From positions 2,368,001 to 2,432,000 of the forward strand of contig CBDBEV010000001.1 in NCBI GenBank assembly GCA_965204535.1: a DNA stretch of 64,000 nt. The letters are read 5' to 3'. This stretch comes from a bacterium. GTDB lineage: Bacteria; UBA8248. Made by a program: the position numbers and the translations under genes. Positions 1 to 9,874 of the stretch are shown here, one piece after another (position 1 is the first letter of the stretch; each line of letters starts with the position of its first letter). Below the pieces are notes generated by a model. That model made no database searches. It was not told where the DNA came from and saw only the letters and a list, made by a program, of their open reading frames with translations.

Positions 1-561
1 GCTACCTATCTGCTCCGTTCGGACAAATTGACGTTGGAAGACTATCGGCGCTGTTCCTACAGAAACAGACTCCAGATGCTCGAACAAGCGGCTTCCGGGT
101 CCGAATACTATAACAGCAAACCTGGGCGCCGGCTCTTACGATCGATCAACGAAAAGCTCGCCCGAGAGGGGTTGGACGAACACAGCTTCGAGAAACAGAT
201 TCGAAACAACTGGCGCGTTCAGGGCAAGACGTTCCATCAGATATTCAAGGAGGTAGTAGGCGAAGACTTCTATGCCGTGGCATACGGCACCTTCTCGCAA
301 TCTGTCCACGGTTCTTGGCAAGATGTCATCAACTTCTCCTTGCGCGGGAACGTCGCTCGAGGTTACTCGCCGTTGTACGAACCGCTTCACGTCAGCGTCG
401 GCCACGTATCGCTGATCCTCCCGTTTGCTACACTGCCGTTTCGAGGGTGGGCAAGAAGAGTCAAGTTAGACAATCCGTACATCAAGGAAGTGTTGGACTT
501 TATCGACAAACTCAATAGAGGATTGTTCGAGAAATACGGGAACCTCTTTTACGGTTATTGA
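1..561 (+). CDS. 5'-truncated DUF5677-like / HEPN-like helical protein
   Basis: Frame is open from base 1 (ATYLLRSDKL...) to the stop at 561. The Y-x3-S-x3-H motif (YGTFSQSVHG) resembles the DUF5677/HEPN group. Confidence 0.5.
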   Translation, partial: ATYLLRSDKLTLEDYRRCSYRNRLQMLEQAASGSEYYNSKPGRRLLRSINEKLAREGLDEHSFEKQIRNNWRVQGKTFHQIFKEVVGEDFYAVAYGTFSQSVHGSWQDVINFSLRGNVARGYSPLYEPLHVSVGHVSLILPFATLPFRGWARRVKLDNPYIKEVLDFIDKLNRGLFEKYGNLFYGY

Positions 562-940
562 CGTCGCCTTCGGACACAAACGCCGACAGAACAAGCTCAA
601 TTACGTCCCGTCCTTTAACCTCTTGCGAGGCCAACGTTTTCAGTCGGTAGGGGTGTGCAGGAAAGAACTGCCCACTTGCCCCCAGACGGAGTTATTTTCA
701 AAGCCGACGCAACGCTGATGCTCTTCCGGCAACACCCGCCATCACATGAAACGGCGGAAATGCTCTTGAATTCAAGAATTTGTAACTTGCTTCGTCCCAC
801 ACCACCGCACGACCCCTTGAGACAAACGCCGTGGCGACCGCTTCATTCCCGGATTGCAGATCGCTCCGATTAACCCATCAGCTTCATCAAGAATTTTTGG
901 AGAAACGGGAGCGAGTTGCGAACCCTCCGATATTGCAAAA

Positions 941-1780
941 TCATTCTTCAGCATCAAAGGTTTCGAACTCCCTTCTCTTGTCAAAAACCGGCAAGTCGAA
1001 ATTTTCCGGAGGAACATCTGAAAAATAGTATTTTGTTTCTTTTCCTTTGAAACAATATAGATCGTGCCGCCCTCTATAGTCCGGCCCCCAGAAAATTTCC
1101 AGCCTGTCACCGAGTTCATCCCATCCGTCAGAGTTCATCCTGATATGTAACCAGTTTCTATATTTCTTTTGCCGCACATTTTGTAACCGCCAGCTATGAG
1201 TGCATCGAAAAGGGTCGAACATATCGTTCTCCGCGGATTCGATGATTTTGATGCACCCGAAGACGATTTCGTGCAAATAATCCACGCTGACCAATGGTAT
1301 CTTCTGGCTTCGCTTTTCCTCGATGAGGAAGTACCGCCAGTCGAAAGAGCCAATGTAGTCTCCGCGTTCATTCTTGTCGCCGTCGAGATTTACAAGGAAG
1401 TCGTCGAGAGACTTGAATGGAAACCTCCCTGTGTTCCCACCGATGGTTGCTTGGTAGTCGGTATAGTATTCGCGGAGGACCGTCTTGTCATTTTCTTCCA
1501 ACAAATCGAATAGAGTAGATAGCGAGTGTTCTTTGGGCACCTCCTTCCCGCGAACGTATAGAAGCGCCTTGAAAGACTCTTCGACCAGGAAATAGCCAAC
1601 GACAACGTAGCCCCATCCTTGCGCCTCTACATGACCGGGAGCCATGTCCGGCAATACCGGACATCTTTCGTATTTCTCCTTCTCTTTTTTCAAGGCCGTA
1701 TCCAACCATGCCGTGATAAGCAACGGATATTTGAAGTCAATGGGTTGGTTCGCCGCCACGATAACGCTCCTTTGTGTCAT
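941..1780 (-). CDS. HEPN-like domain protein (putative RNase toxin)
   Basis: 279-aa ORF with VEESFKALL...KEHSLSTLF...DWRYF, the E-x2/3-K-A / H-x-L / RY pattern of HEPN domains. Low GC. Confidence 0.5.
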   Translation of the reverse strand: MTQRSVIVAANQPIDFKYPLLITAWLDTALKKEKEKYERCPVLPDMAPGHVEAQGWGYVVVGYFLVEESFKALLYVRGKEVPKEHSLSTLFDLLEENDKTVLREYYTDYQATIGGNTGRFPFKSLDDFLVNLDGDKNERGDYIGSFDWRYFLIEEKRSQKIPLVSVDYLHEIVFGCIKIIESAENDMFDPFRCTHSWRLQNVRQKKYRNWLHIRMNSDGWDELGDRLEIFWGPDYRGRHDLYCFKGKETKYYFSDVPPENFDLPVFDKRREFETFDAEE

Positions 1781-1861
1781 TCTCAGCGCACAAAAATCAC
1801 TGATAGATAATAATTCCCCAATAATACCGTACTGAATCTGTCAGTTTCCCCTCCTTCGTCC

Positions 1862-2058
1862 CCCTCTCCCACGCCTCAAGCGGTGCGCGCATTTTTTCGT
1901 AAAGGGCGAAGAGGTGCTCAACGCGCTTGCGCTCAGAGGCGATACCGCTTCGGCGATAGAGTCTGCCCACAGTGCGGTCAAGAGTATGATGGGCCCGGCG
2001 CAGATCGGGCGGCATGCAGTACAACTCATAGAGGCGGTCAAAGTTGCGTCTGGGTGCA
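1862..2058 (-). pseudogene. Orphan 3'-end remnant (~60 codons) of the MmeI-like RM gene
   Basis: Translates as LYELYCMPPDLRRAHHTLDRTVGRLYRRSGIASERKRVEHLFALYEKMRAPLEA, against LYAPDLMPPALRRAHQALDHAVDRLYRRSGFASERERVEHLFALYEKSRAPLEA at the end of 4288..7074. Confidence 0.85.
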
Positions 2059-2062
2059 CCAG

Positions 2063-2209
2063 ACCGTGATGTCCGGCGAAAACCTGCCCTTGATCGGAAG
2101 GTTACTCGGACATAAGCGGCATAGAACCACGGCGGGGTATGCCCACTTCGTCGACTCGCACCTTGTCGAAGCGGCAGAGAAGGTGCAGACGTTATCAACG
2201 AGACGATAA
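2063..2209 (+). pseudogene. Tyrosine recombinase C-terminal fragment
   Basis: VMSGENLPLIGRLLGHKRHRTTAGYAH carries the LLGH...TTxxYAH box II motif of phage integrases. No N-terminal part is present. Confidence 0.8.
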
Positions 2210-3049
2210 ATTCTGAGCGGAATATTCTCCAATTGTCGCTCGCAAAGCATTCATAAACTCGCTCGCAACATTACAGTAATTCACGAGAGCAAAATCTCTC
2301 GACTTATCTGCTGGGAAATTGGCCAAAGTCCATTTTCTTAAGAATCCTGAGCCGTGCGCTTCGGGTGTTCTAATGTTATCCACCATCCCGATCACGTCCC
2401 TCATTATTTTCAAGAATGGATCTGGAAACGGGATAATTAAATTGAGATTGTCAATTACTTTAGCCGCGTTCCTATGTTTTGCATGAATAAGCCAAGTCCT
2501 AATGACATTCGTTAGACATTTTCGGAAATGCAACGAAATTTAGGGCCAGTCTTGGGAGTGCTTGACAAAGTAGTCCTTTCGGCTTTTTGCCTTGATAAAT
2601 TTCTCGTACTTTTGATATTCGTAAAGCAGAAACAAAATCCCCATGAATTTGTCCCAAAATGCACGAATTCGGAACGATAAAGCCGATAAAACGTAAAGAA
2701 TATTTGCTTTTCCGGAGAATAGCTCGAAATCTTCGAGCACTGACCCCGACGCAATCTTTCCTCTATTGTTCAGTTGATTATGTAAACCGCCAGCTAAATT
2801 CACATCTTTCATCATGAACAGGTAGGTCAACTCAAGATCGACATAGGCATTCAACAGCTTGCCGTTAATGCGATCATCATCGCAGTGTATGCGGGAGTAC
2901 TTGTAGATGTTGCGAATGTCGTCGCATACGTTATATCCAGGAATAGTTGCCTCTCCGTAGCGGCTAATGCATGTCGCAAAGTCTTCTGCATCTTGAAGAG
3001 AAGTAATACGGAATGGTTCCGGCTCCTGAAACACACCTTCTCCAATCAT
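2195..3049 (-). pseudogene. HEPN-like protein (RxxxxH) interrupted by one in-frame TAA
   Basis: ORFs 2540..3049 and 2195..2533 are in the same frame, split by TAA at 2540-2542 (...DWP*ISLHF...). The joined frame is 284 codons and contains RTPEAH. Confidence 0.6.
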
Positions 3050-3108
3050 GATTGTATTGTCCTAGAGGTTGGCTTGCTTCTTGTCAGACGTACCGCTTTT
3101 TCCTCAAT

Positions 3109-3168
3109 CCACCTCCAGCGGCGTGCGCATTTTCTCAAAGAGCGCGAACAAATGTTCCACGCGGTCGA
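3109..3168 (-). pseudogene. Second, shorter 3'-end remnant of the MmeI-like RM gene
   Basis: Translates as DRVEHLFALFEKMRTPLEV, against ERVEHLFALYEKSRAPLEA in the intact gene. Confidence 0.75.
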
Positions 3169-3197
3169 GCTCGGAGGGGTAATGGGCTGTGAGTTCC

Positions 3198-4241
3198 TCA
3201 TTCAGAGGCAGTCTCTACAACTCCGAATAGTCTATAAATTTCCTGCCTCAATTGATCATTGCAATCAAACTCCACCGACTTCAAAGATATCATGTAATCT
3301 ACCTGTTCTTTGCTGCGAAACGGCTTGCGGCGTATTTCACGGACTTCTTCGGAACTAAAGTATCGATGGAGGTAATCATACGGGTTTTTGCCCTTCCCTA
3401 TTTGTGTAACAAGAATTGTGATCCATTGCGCAGCGCCTTTGCGTCTCTTCAAATCTTCAATTTCAAAGAAATCTCTTTCCTCGTCCGTTACGTTTCGGGC
3501 AAATAGGTTTTCGATTTTTTCATATAAATCTTTCAACATTTTGAAATGTTCCCCTACAACTACAGGCAAATCTATACTCTCACCTATGGAACGCTCGATA
3601 TAAGCCTTCGATACGCTATTCCATCTCCCAATTTTCAGATTTTCTTTGCCAATCTTCAAAGTGCCAATCGATATCCCGTCTCTCCAAGATATTTGCCATT
3701 CCGGAACGATAACGGCCCCATGAGATAAATTATTTCTCAACTCCCTTATGAATACGGCAACATCACAACCAAAATTTTCTGTTTTGATTTCCTCGATTAT
3801 GGTATTTATATCATCAGGGCACTCTCGCTGAATATTTTCAAGTGTTTGTTGCAGGCCAACTACCAAAGCGCAATAAGCCATCATGTCCTTTTGCGCCGCG
3901 TGCCCTACGACATGGGCTACATGTGTTTCGAAATCAGCGTCCTTCGAAAAGGCTCCAAGGGCGGCAGCATGACGGCAAATATCAATGTATGCCTGGTGAG
4001 CCGCCGAGTACAGCGCTTTCAAACTTTCCTTCAATCTGTTCTTTTTCCAGTAGACATGATGACGCATTAAGCTCATTCGCTCCGGCTCAATGCGCCAGTT
4101 AATGATGTTTCGAATTTCGTCACAAGTGGGGATATCACCACGCTTCAGGTATGAAATAACTTTACGATTTTCAACGTCCCTTTGTTGGCGTTTCATCTCC
4201 GAAGATCTCTTGAAAAGCTCCCAATTATCCGGTTCTTTCAT
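3198..4241 (-). CDS. HEPN-like domain protein (RNNLSH motif)
   Basis: The ORF track gives 3198..4316; the likelier start is ATG 4241 after GAGG. Contains FIRELRNNLSHG (R-x4-H). Low GC. Confidence 0.6.
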   Translation of the reverse strand: MKEPDNWELFKRSSEMKRQQRDVENRKVISYLKRGDIPTCDEIRNIINWRIEPERMSLMRHHVYWKKNRLKESLKALYSAAHQAYIDICRHAAALGAFSKDADFETHVAHVVGHAAQKDMMAYCALVVGLQQTLENIQRECPDDINTIIEEIKTENFGCDVAVFIRELRNNLSHGAVIVPEWQISWRDGISIGTLKIGKENLKIGRWNSVSKAYIERSIGESIDLPVVVGEHFKMLKDLYEKIENLFARNVTDEERDFFEIEDLKRRKGAAQWITILVTQIGKGKNPYDYLHRYFSSEEVREIRRKPFRSKEQVDYMISLKSVEFDCNDQLRQEIYRLFGVVETASE

Positions 4242-4287
4242 TACGACCTCACAAATATCATCGTCATGAATAATCAAGTTTTTGCTA

Positions 4288-7074
4288 TTACCCCCTCCTC
4301 CTCCGCCGCTTCCCACTCACCCCCGCCTCCAAGGGCGCGCGCGATTTCTCGTACAGGGCGAAGAGGTGCTCCACGCGCTCGCGTTCCGAGGCGAAGCCGG
4401 AGCGGCGGTAGAGCCTGTCCACGGCGTGGTCGAGGGCTTGGTGGGCGCGACGCAGAGCGGGCGGCATGAGGTCGGGGGCGTAGAGATCGGCCAGCGTCTC
4501 TTCGGGGTGCGCCGCGCGGGCGTCGAGAACAGCCTGGGCGAGCGGCTCTAGCGCCGAGAGGTCGGCGTCTCCCGGCGGCAATGGATAAGTGTTGTAGACG
4601 AGGCCGCTGGAATAGCGATAGCGACTCTCCAGCCGTCCGCCGATATGACGCAGCCACGCCATGTGCATGGCGGAAGTGAGCAGTGCGAATTGCCATAACT
4701 CGGCGTTTTGAACGACCAGCAGCTGATTGCTCGGAATGGTAGGCGGAGTCAGCCAGCCAATGGGTACATATCGCCTACGTTCCGAGCTCACTTCGGGAAT
4801 GACCAAAAACGGACTCTCCGGGACAACGGAAACGTGATAGTCGGTGGGTTGCTCCGCTAGCGACCGGCCGAGTTTACCAGCTTCGTTCATCCGATAATTT
4901 CTAACTGCGCGAACCCTCTCCATGACGTTGGGCAATGACCGCAAAAGCGACGGCGATTCTCCCGATACATGAAGAATCCAGCGCTTCTTGTTGTTGATGT
5001 ATTCGTCTCCGCCGAGAAACGGCCTTAGTAGATTGGCCGCGCTTGGTTCCCTAGAGATGAACGCCTCCCTTTCTTCCGCTCCGAAAAGGTAGTGGCCGCC
5101 GTCAACGGGTTTCGTCCCTACACTGATTTTCGGAAAATCGGCGATGGGAGTCCTGCGTCTTTGAACGACGAGGTGGGAATCATCCAATCGACCCACGTCG
5201 ATGAGATACGGACTGATCGTGGCAACCCGAATTTCCTGAGAATCACCCGCAGGAGTTTCGTATGCGAACAAACGTCGCTCATTAGACGCGGAGTTCCGGT
5301 CGGACATACCGATAATCACCACATGCACGTGAGCAACGCCGCGGGCATCGGAACCCCATGCAAACGTCCGATGAGCAAAAACGAGCTCCAAGCCGTATCG
5401 ATCGAACAAGGCGGGCCATAATTGCGCTACCTGTTCACCCTGCGTGATGGAATTCGTCGCCACGAAACCGATGCGAGCGCGATTTCCCTGAAGATATGCG
5501 CCCGCTTTCAGAAACCATGCGGCGACATAATCCAGCCTCGATCCTGATGCGCCGAGTTGTTTCATCAATTCTTTCGCCTGTGTTTGCTTCTCCTCAATCC
5601 GCATGACAAAACCCCCAAACGGCGGATTGCCGAAGACGAAAGAACATTCCGCAGGCGGGAGAAGTTCGGCCCAGTCGGTTTCTAGCGCGTCGTCGCACAG
5701 GATGTGCGGGGAGGTGGTGAGTGGAATGCGCGTGTAGGTTTGGCCGAACTCCAGGCTAAGCCGGTTGTTCATGATGTGATCCATCATCCAGAGCGCCGTC
5801 TCGGCGATGCGCGCCGGGAATTCGCCGAGTTCGATCCCGTAGAACTGATCTACGGTGATATGGGAGAGTTCGGCGGCGTCGAGTTCGCGTTGGGCCTCAT
5901 CAGCACGCAGTTCACGGATGACCTCCATCTCCAGTTCGCGCAGTTCGCGATAGGCGATGATGAGGAAGTTGCCGCACCCACAAGCCGGGTCGAAGAACTT
6001 CATCTCGCCGAGGCGTCGCTGAAATGCTTCGAGTTCGACCCGTCGTCGGCTGTCCCTGCGGGCTTTCAACCGCTCGAATTCCGCGCGCAAGTCATCCAGA
6101 AAGAGCGGCTCGATAACTTTCAGGATGTTCTTTTCTGTCGTGTAGTGCGCCCCTTGCGCGCGGCGCTCCGCAGGCTCCATCACGGATTGAAAGAGTGCGC
6201 CGAAGATAGCGGGCGAGATGTTCGACCAGTCGAAGCGGCAGGTTTCGAGCAGGGCGTTTCGCATGGCGGCGTTGAACGACGGAATGCGCAGGGCATCCCG
6301 GAACAAGTCGCCGTTCACGTAAGGAAAGCGCGCGAGGTCCTCATCCAGCGTCCTCTGGCGCTCGTTCTCCGGCGTATCCAGCACCTGGAAAAGTTCGGCC
6401 AGCCGCGAGCCGCTATCCGAGCCGTCCTCGCTCGTGCGCTCTTCGATGTAGTTCAAAAAGATGTCGCGCGGCTCGAAGATGCCCGTATCGTCCGCGAACA
6501 GGCAGAAGACGACGCGCACCAGAAAACGCTCCAGATCGTCCCCCGTATAGCCCGCCTCCGCCAGGGCGTCGTGCAGGTTCCCCGCGAGTTCGGCGGCCTT
6601 GATGTTAGCGGGGTCCTGATCGCGAAAGGCGCGGCGTCGTACGCCCAGGATGAAGCCGAATTTCTCGATGTTGGCGGGCAGATCGGCGAGGGAGAAGGCG
6701 GTGCGCTCGCGTTCGTCCAGATCGTAAAGTTCAAACGTCTGGAAATCGCTCACGAGTATGTGGCCGGGTCTTTCCCGTTCGGGGAGAGCGTCGAAGTATT
6801 CGCCCGCCTGCCCGTAGGCTCGATCGAGTTTGCGGCCCTCGCTTTTCTGCTCGACGAGCAGGACGCGCGGCCAGAAGAGGTCGATGTAGCCGTGGGTGTT
6901 ATCAAGGCGCCTTACGTGCTCCTCGAAGCGCGCGACGGAGCGGCGCCGGACGCCGAAAATCTCGAAGAAATCGTTATAGAAACTCTGTGTCTCGCCTCTT
7001 TCGTATGCTGCGCCCACCCACGCGCGGGCGAAACGTGCCGCGCGGACGCGCATCTCGTTCCAGGACAGGCGCAC
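4288..7074 (-). CDS. MmeI-family type IIL restriction-modification enzyme (fused endonuclease, m6A methyltransferase, TRD)
   Basis: 928 aa. Nuclease motif IDLFWPRVLLVEQKS, GAHYT, SAM motif FDPACGCGNF, catalytic GNPPF, MmeI-type C-terminus (LESRYRYS...VYNT...LYAPDLMP). Confidence 0.92.
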   Translation of the reverse strand: MRLSWNEMRVRAARFARAWVGAAYERGETQSFYNDFFEIFGVRRRSVARFEEHVRRLDNTHGYIDLFWPRVLLVEQKSEGRKLDRAYGQAGEYFDALPERERPGHILVSDFQTFELYDLDERERTAFSLADLPANIEKFGFILGVRRRAFRDQDPANIKAAELAGNLHDALAEAGYTGDDLERFLVRVVFCLFADDTGIFEPRDIFLNYIEERTSEDGSDSGSRLAELFQVLDTPENERQRTLDEDLARFPYVNGDLFRDALRIPSFNAAMRNALLETCRFDWSNISPAIFGALFQSVMEPAERRAQGAHYTTEKNILKVIEPLFLDDLRAEFERLKARRDSRRRVELEAFQRRLGEMKFFDPACGCGNFLIIAYRELRELEMEVIRELRADEAQRELDAAELSHITVDQFYGIELGEFPARIAETALWMMDHIMNNRLSLEFGQTYTRIPLTTSPHILCDDALETDWAELLPPAECSFVFGNPPFGGFVMRIEEKQTQAKELMKQLGASGSRLDYVAAWFLKAGAYLQGNRARIGFVATNSITQGEQVAQLWPALFDRYGLELVFAHRTFAWGSDARGVAHVHVVIIGMSDRNSASNERRLFAYETPAGDSQEIRVATISPYLIDVGRLDDSHLVVQRRRTPIADFPKISVGTKPVDGGHYLFGAEEREAFISREPSAANLLRPFLGGDEYINNKKRWILHVSGESPSLLRSLPNVMERVRAVRNYRMNEAGKLGRSLAEQPTDYHVSVVPESPFLVIPEVSSERRRYVPIGWLTPPTIPSNQLLVVQNAELWQFALLTSAMHMAWLRHIGGRLESRYRYSSGLVYNTYPLPPGDADLSALEPLAQAVLDARAAHPEETLADLYAPDLMPPALRRAHQALDHAVDRLYRRSGFASERERVEHLFALYEKSRAPLEAGVSGKRRRRRG

Positions 7075-7571
7075 GTTCTACCTCAGGCGTAACTGCGCAG
7101 GGCGGCGGCGGGTGTATTACAGAGCAATGCTTTTCTCATGATGTTCATGGGACGGACTTTCTCATATTTTTGGGAGCGGTTCCTAGTTCATCGGTCGCAA
7201 ACTCTCCTTCAAAAGTTGAGATTGACCTCGTTCTTCGCTCAGAATTAATTCCGCACGACGACTTAACGCGGGATGGCTAAGGTGCGAATCATTTTGATTT
7301 TAGCGCGCTTTGGGCGAGACTAGCTAGCAAATTGCTCCATGGAAACGAACCTGAGAAAATAGAGTAACAGCATGAGAAGCCACAAGCCTTGACCTGCAAC
7401 AAGCTGACCTTACGGCGTAACCAGTCCAATTATGGGTCGTCGCCATCGCCGGGGCTGCTCAATGCAACCTGACGGGTATGAACTCTACATCATGCGACAG
7501 GCCGCGAAACACTATAAAGCCCAGCATCAGGAAGCTATGGTGCAGCTTGAATCTCTGTAAAAGTTTTGGTT

Positions 7572-8618
7572 TCACTGCGACTTGTGCTGCATACGAGCGT
7601 CTTGAGGGACGACCCAAGCCCTCAGTAAATTTGACCCCTCTACACGATCAAATGAGACCGTTTGATTTGTAGCCAGTAAATTAGCCACGCGGTTTGCCGT
7701 TTCTCGCGATGGCGGCCAATACATTTGAGGCCCAATGATGCGGGGCGTACGTAACTCCAATCGAATAGTACCTTGCGATATCTTTTTCTCCATCTCTTCA
7801 GCATTAGCATAACGTACAAGTTGGATTGCGCCACCCCTCAAACAAAGCTCCAAACCAATATGTTGCTTGTCAAAAGTACTGTTTCTCGCATCGGTCAAAG
7901 CAGCAGACTGAACCTGTCCAAGAAGACATGCTCCATGAGCGCTTACCTCGATGGTCCAAATCGCGAGTTTGTTCGGTTGTATTTTGACCGTGACCTCATG
8001 ATCTCCAATAGCGCATGGAATTTCGCCTCGTAACCACAATTGCCAAATAAGATCAAGCGAGCCTGTTTCCCAAGAAGCGCCAGGCGGTAAATCCACGGCG
8101 ATCGATCCGCTTGGACCATCAGATATTGGTGCAACAGACAAATAGCTGGTACTTTTCCATTCAGCAACCCAAAACACGAGAGAGTGTAAGACTTTCTGTA
8201 CTTCCAATGCCAAACGATCTTCAGTCAGACCTTCGGCCACAAGAGTCTTTATGCCAGCGGCTTCAGCTCTTTCGATAGCCCCGGACGTATAGCCTGAAGC
8301 AGCCACATAGATTCCAAGATTTGTATTAATACCAATATCCTGTAACTTGCCGACAAATGCATCAATTAGCTCTACACCGACACGTTCTCCATAATTCTTA
8401 CATTCAATCGGAATATGGACGGGGCAACCGAATAACTCCTCTGACGCCACCTTCAGCAATACATCTACTTCTCGTACTCGTTCCGATCCGTCAGCGGTTG
8501 GTAAACGAGCATTGCGTTCAACATCATCGCCAGCAATCTTATACAGAAATTCGACTAGGGTTTCCAGAAATTTGCCTTTTGAGTTTGCATCGTGATTTGT
8601 CATCAGATTCCGTTTCAC
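7572..8618 (-). CDS. Mrr-like (type IV) restriction endonuclease domain protein
   Basis: N-terminal EVDV...IECKNY...VELIDAFVGKL...SGYTSGA is the Mrr_cat pattern. The C-terminal domain is unrecognised. Confidence 0.8.
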   Translation of the reverse strand: MKRNLMTNHDANSKGKFLETLVEFLYKIAGDDVERNARLPTADGSERVREVDVLLKVASEELFGCPVHIPIECKNYGERVGVELIDAFVGKLQDIGINTNLGIYVAASGYTSGAIERAEAAGIKTLVAEGLTEDRLALEVQKVLHSLVFWVAEWKSTSYLSVAPISDGPSGSIAVDLPPGASWETGSLDLIWQLWLRGEIPCAIGDHEVTVKIQPNKLAIWTIEVSAHGACLLGQVQSAALTDARNSTFDKQHIGLELCLRGGAIQLVRYANAEEMEKKISQGTIRLELRTPRIIGPQMYWPPSRETANRVANLLATNQTVSFDRVEGSNLLRAWVVPQDARMQHKSQ

Positions 8619-9156
8619 TATTCAGGTAGGTTTCGAAACATTTTATACTCAGTCTCTGGTCAATTGATACTATTCTAAATTGATCTTCGACTGCGCTACT
8701 CCTTTTATGTGGGCACTAGCCTAGTATCCAACAGCTTACGCATTATCTCATATGACATGAACAGGTTCTCCACGCGCAGAATCCATCTCCGAGCAACTGG
8801 CTCGATAGCCATAAACCCGCTACCGAAGACGGCTGAATTCCCTTCATATTGCACAAGTTAAACAATCGCTAAAATCTTTTGGAGGTGGCTTACTCAAATC
8901 TGCGGACCACTCACGCGTACAGTATTGGTGGGGCGCGATCGGCCTGTTAGCGCAAAAGAGTCGGCATTGTGAGTGATGTCCCGCCGGGGGGCGGCTCACC
9001 GGCCCTGCGCCATCCTTCCAGATTCCATCTGCGCGAGAAGATAGCGATGCCGTACAATAACTGGAGATGCGGCGCTCGCACTCGCGCGCATGCCACAGGC
9101 GGCGTAGTTCAGACCTCCGCGTGTTGAGGTTGTGCCTGACATACGGATTATGTGGA

Positions 9157-9184
9157 ACTCCACATAATCCGCATTGTGTCCACT
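9157..9184 (+). other. dif-like (XerC/XerD) 28-bp site, degenerate
   Basis: ACTCCACATAA-TCCGCA-TTGTGTCCACT has the 11-6-11 layout (compare GGTGCGCATAA-TGTATA-TTATGTTAAAT). It overlaps a perfect 13-bp palindrome at 9144..9171. Confidence 0.4.
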
Positions 9185-9240
9185 GGCCACGGCGTTTCCG
9201 CACGTTGGAGGCGTGGACGAGAGCAACAGATTTGAGATGA

Positions 9241-9293
9241 GAGGTCCTATGGGGGTCCTATAAGGGTCTATTGGAGTCTTATGGAGGCCTAAT
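9241..9293. repeat. Five imperfect 10-11 bp tandem repeats
   Basis: gaggtcctatg / ggggtcctata / agggtctattg / gagtcttatg / gaggcctaat. Confidence 0.5.
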
Positions 9294-9874
9294 CAGAGAG
9301 ACGTTGACGATTCGGTGATTCGGAATAGCGATAATCCAGTCTAGTGCCATGGAGCTCATTTCAAAAAATCCGACCATTCATGCATGATGCGAGAATCGGC
9401 GCAAATACTCTTCGGGCCTCAAGATATATTCGAGGCATTGGAAATCCCTAGAATGACACGGTCGAGGGTAAGGTTTTTTGCATTGATGCGGGATGCCAAT
9501 CAGGGCGGGGTGTCCTGGGTACCTACAAGACTTTTCTATTACATGCGGCTGGTGAATCTGCCCATTTGCAACCAAATTATCGGCACGCACGTTACCCAAT
9601 GCACGGGAATGTGGAAGGCAGCAATCCGCTGAAAGTAACAAGTGAAAAAATGGATAAGGTACAAAAAGAAACTCTCTGACATTTTGTTTTTGGGCTCGTT
9701 GATCTTTGAATCTATTGAGTATTAAGGAAGCGAATATCGCGATTTGTCTGTGACCTCATTCGATCGGCCCGAGTTGCTGTCATGAATCACCCTGCGATCC
9801 GGCGGCCAAACATGTCGAACACACCCGCCATATTGATGAGAACCTTCGAATTCAATGTTGATAAATCAACTGTG

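Noticed and set aside
7130-7570. Low-GC stretch with broken plus-strand frames
   Set aside because: Probably a gene remnant, but nothing is recognisable.
9785-9840. Possible IS3 transposase remnant (MAGVFDMFGRRIAG on the minus strand)
   Set aside because: Too short to tell from chance.
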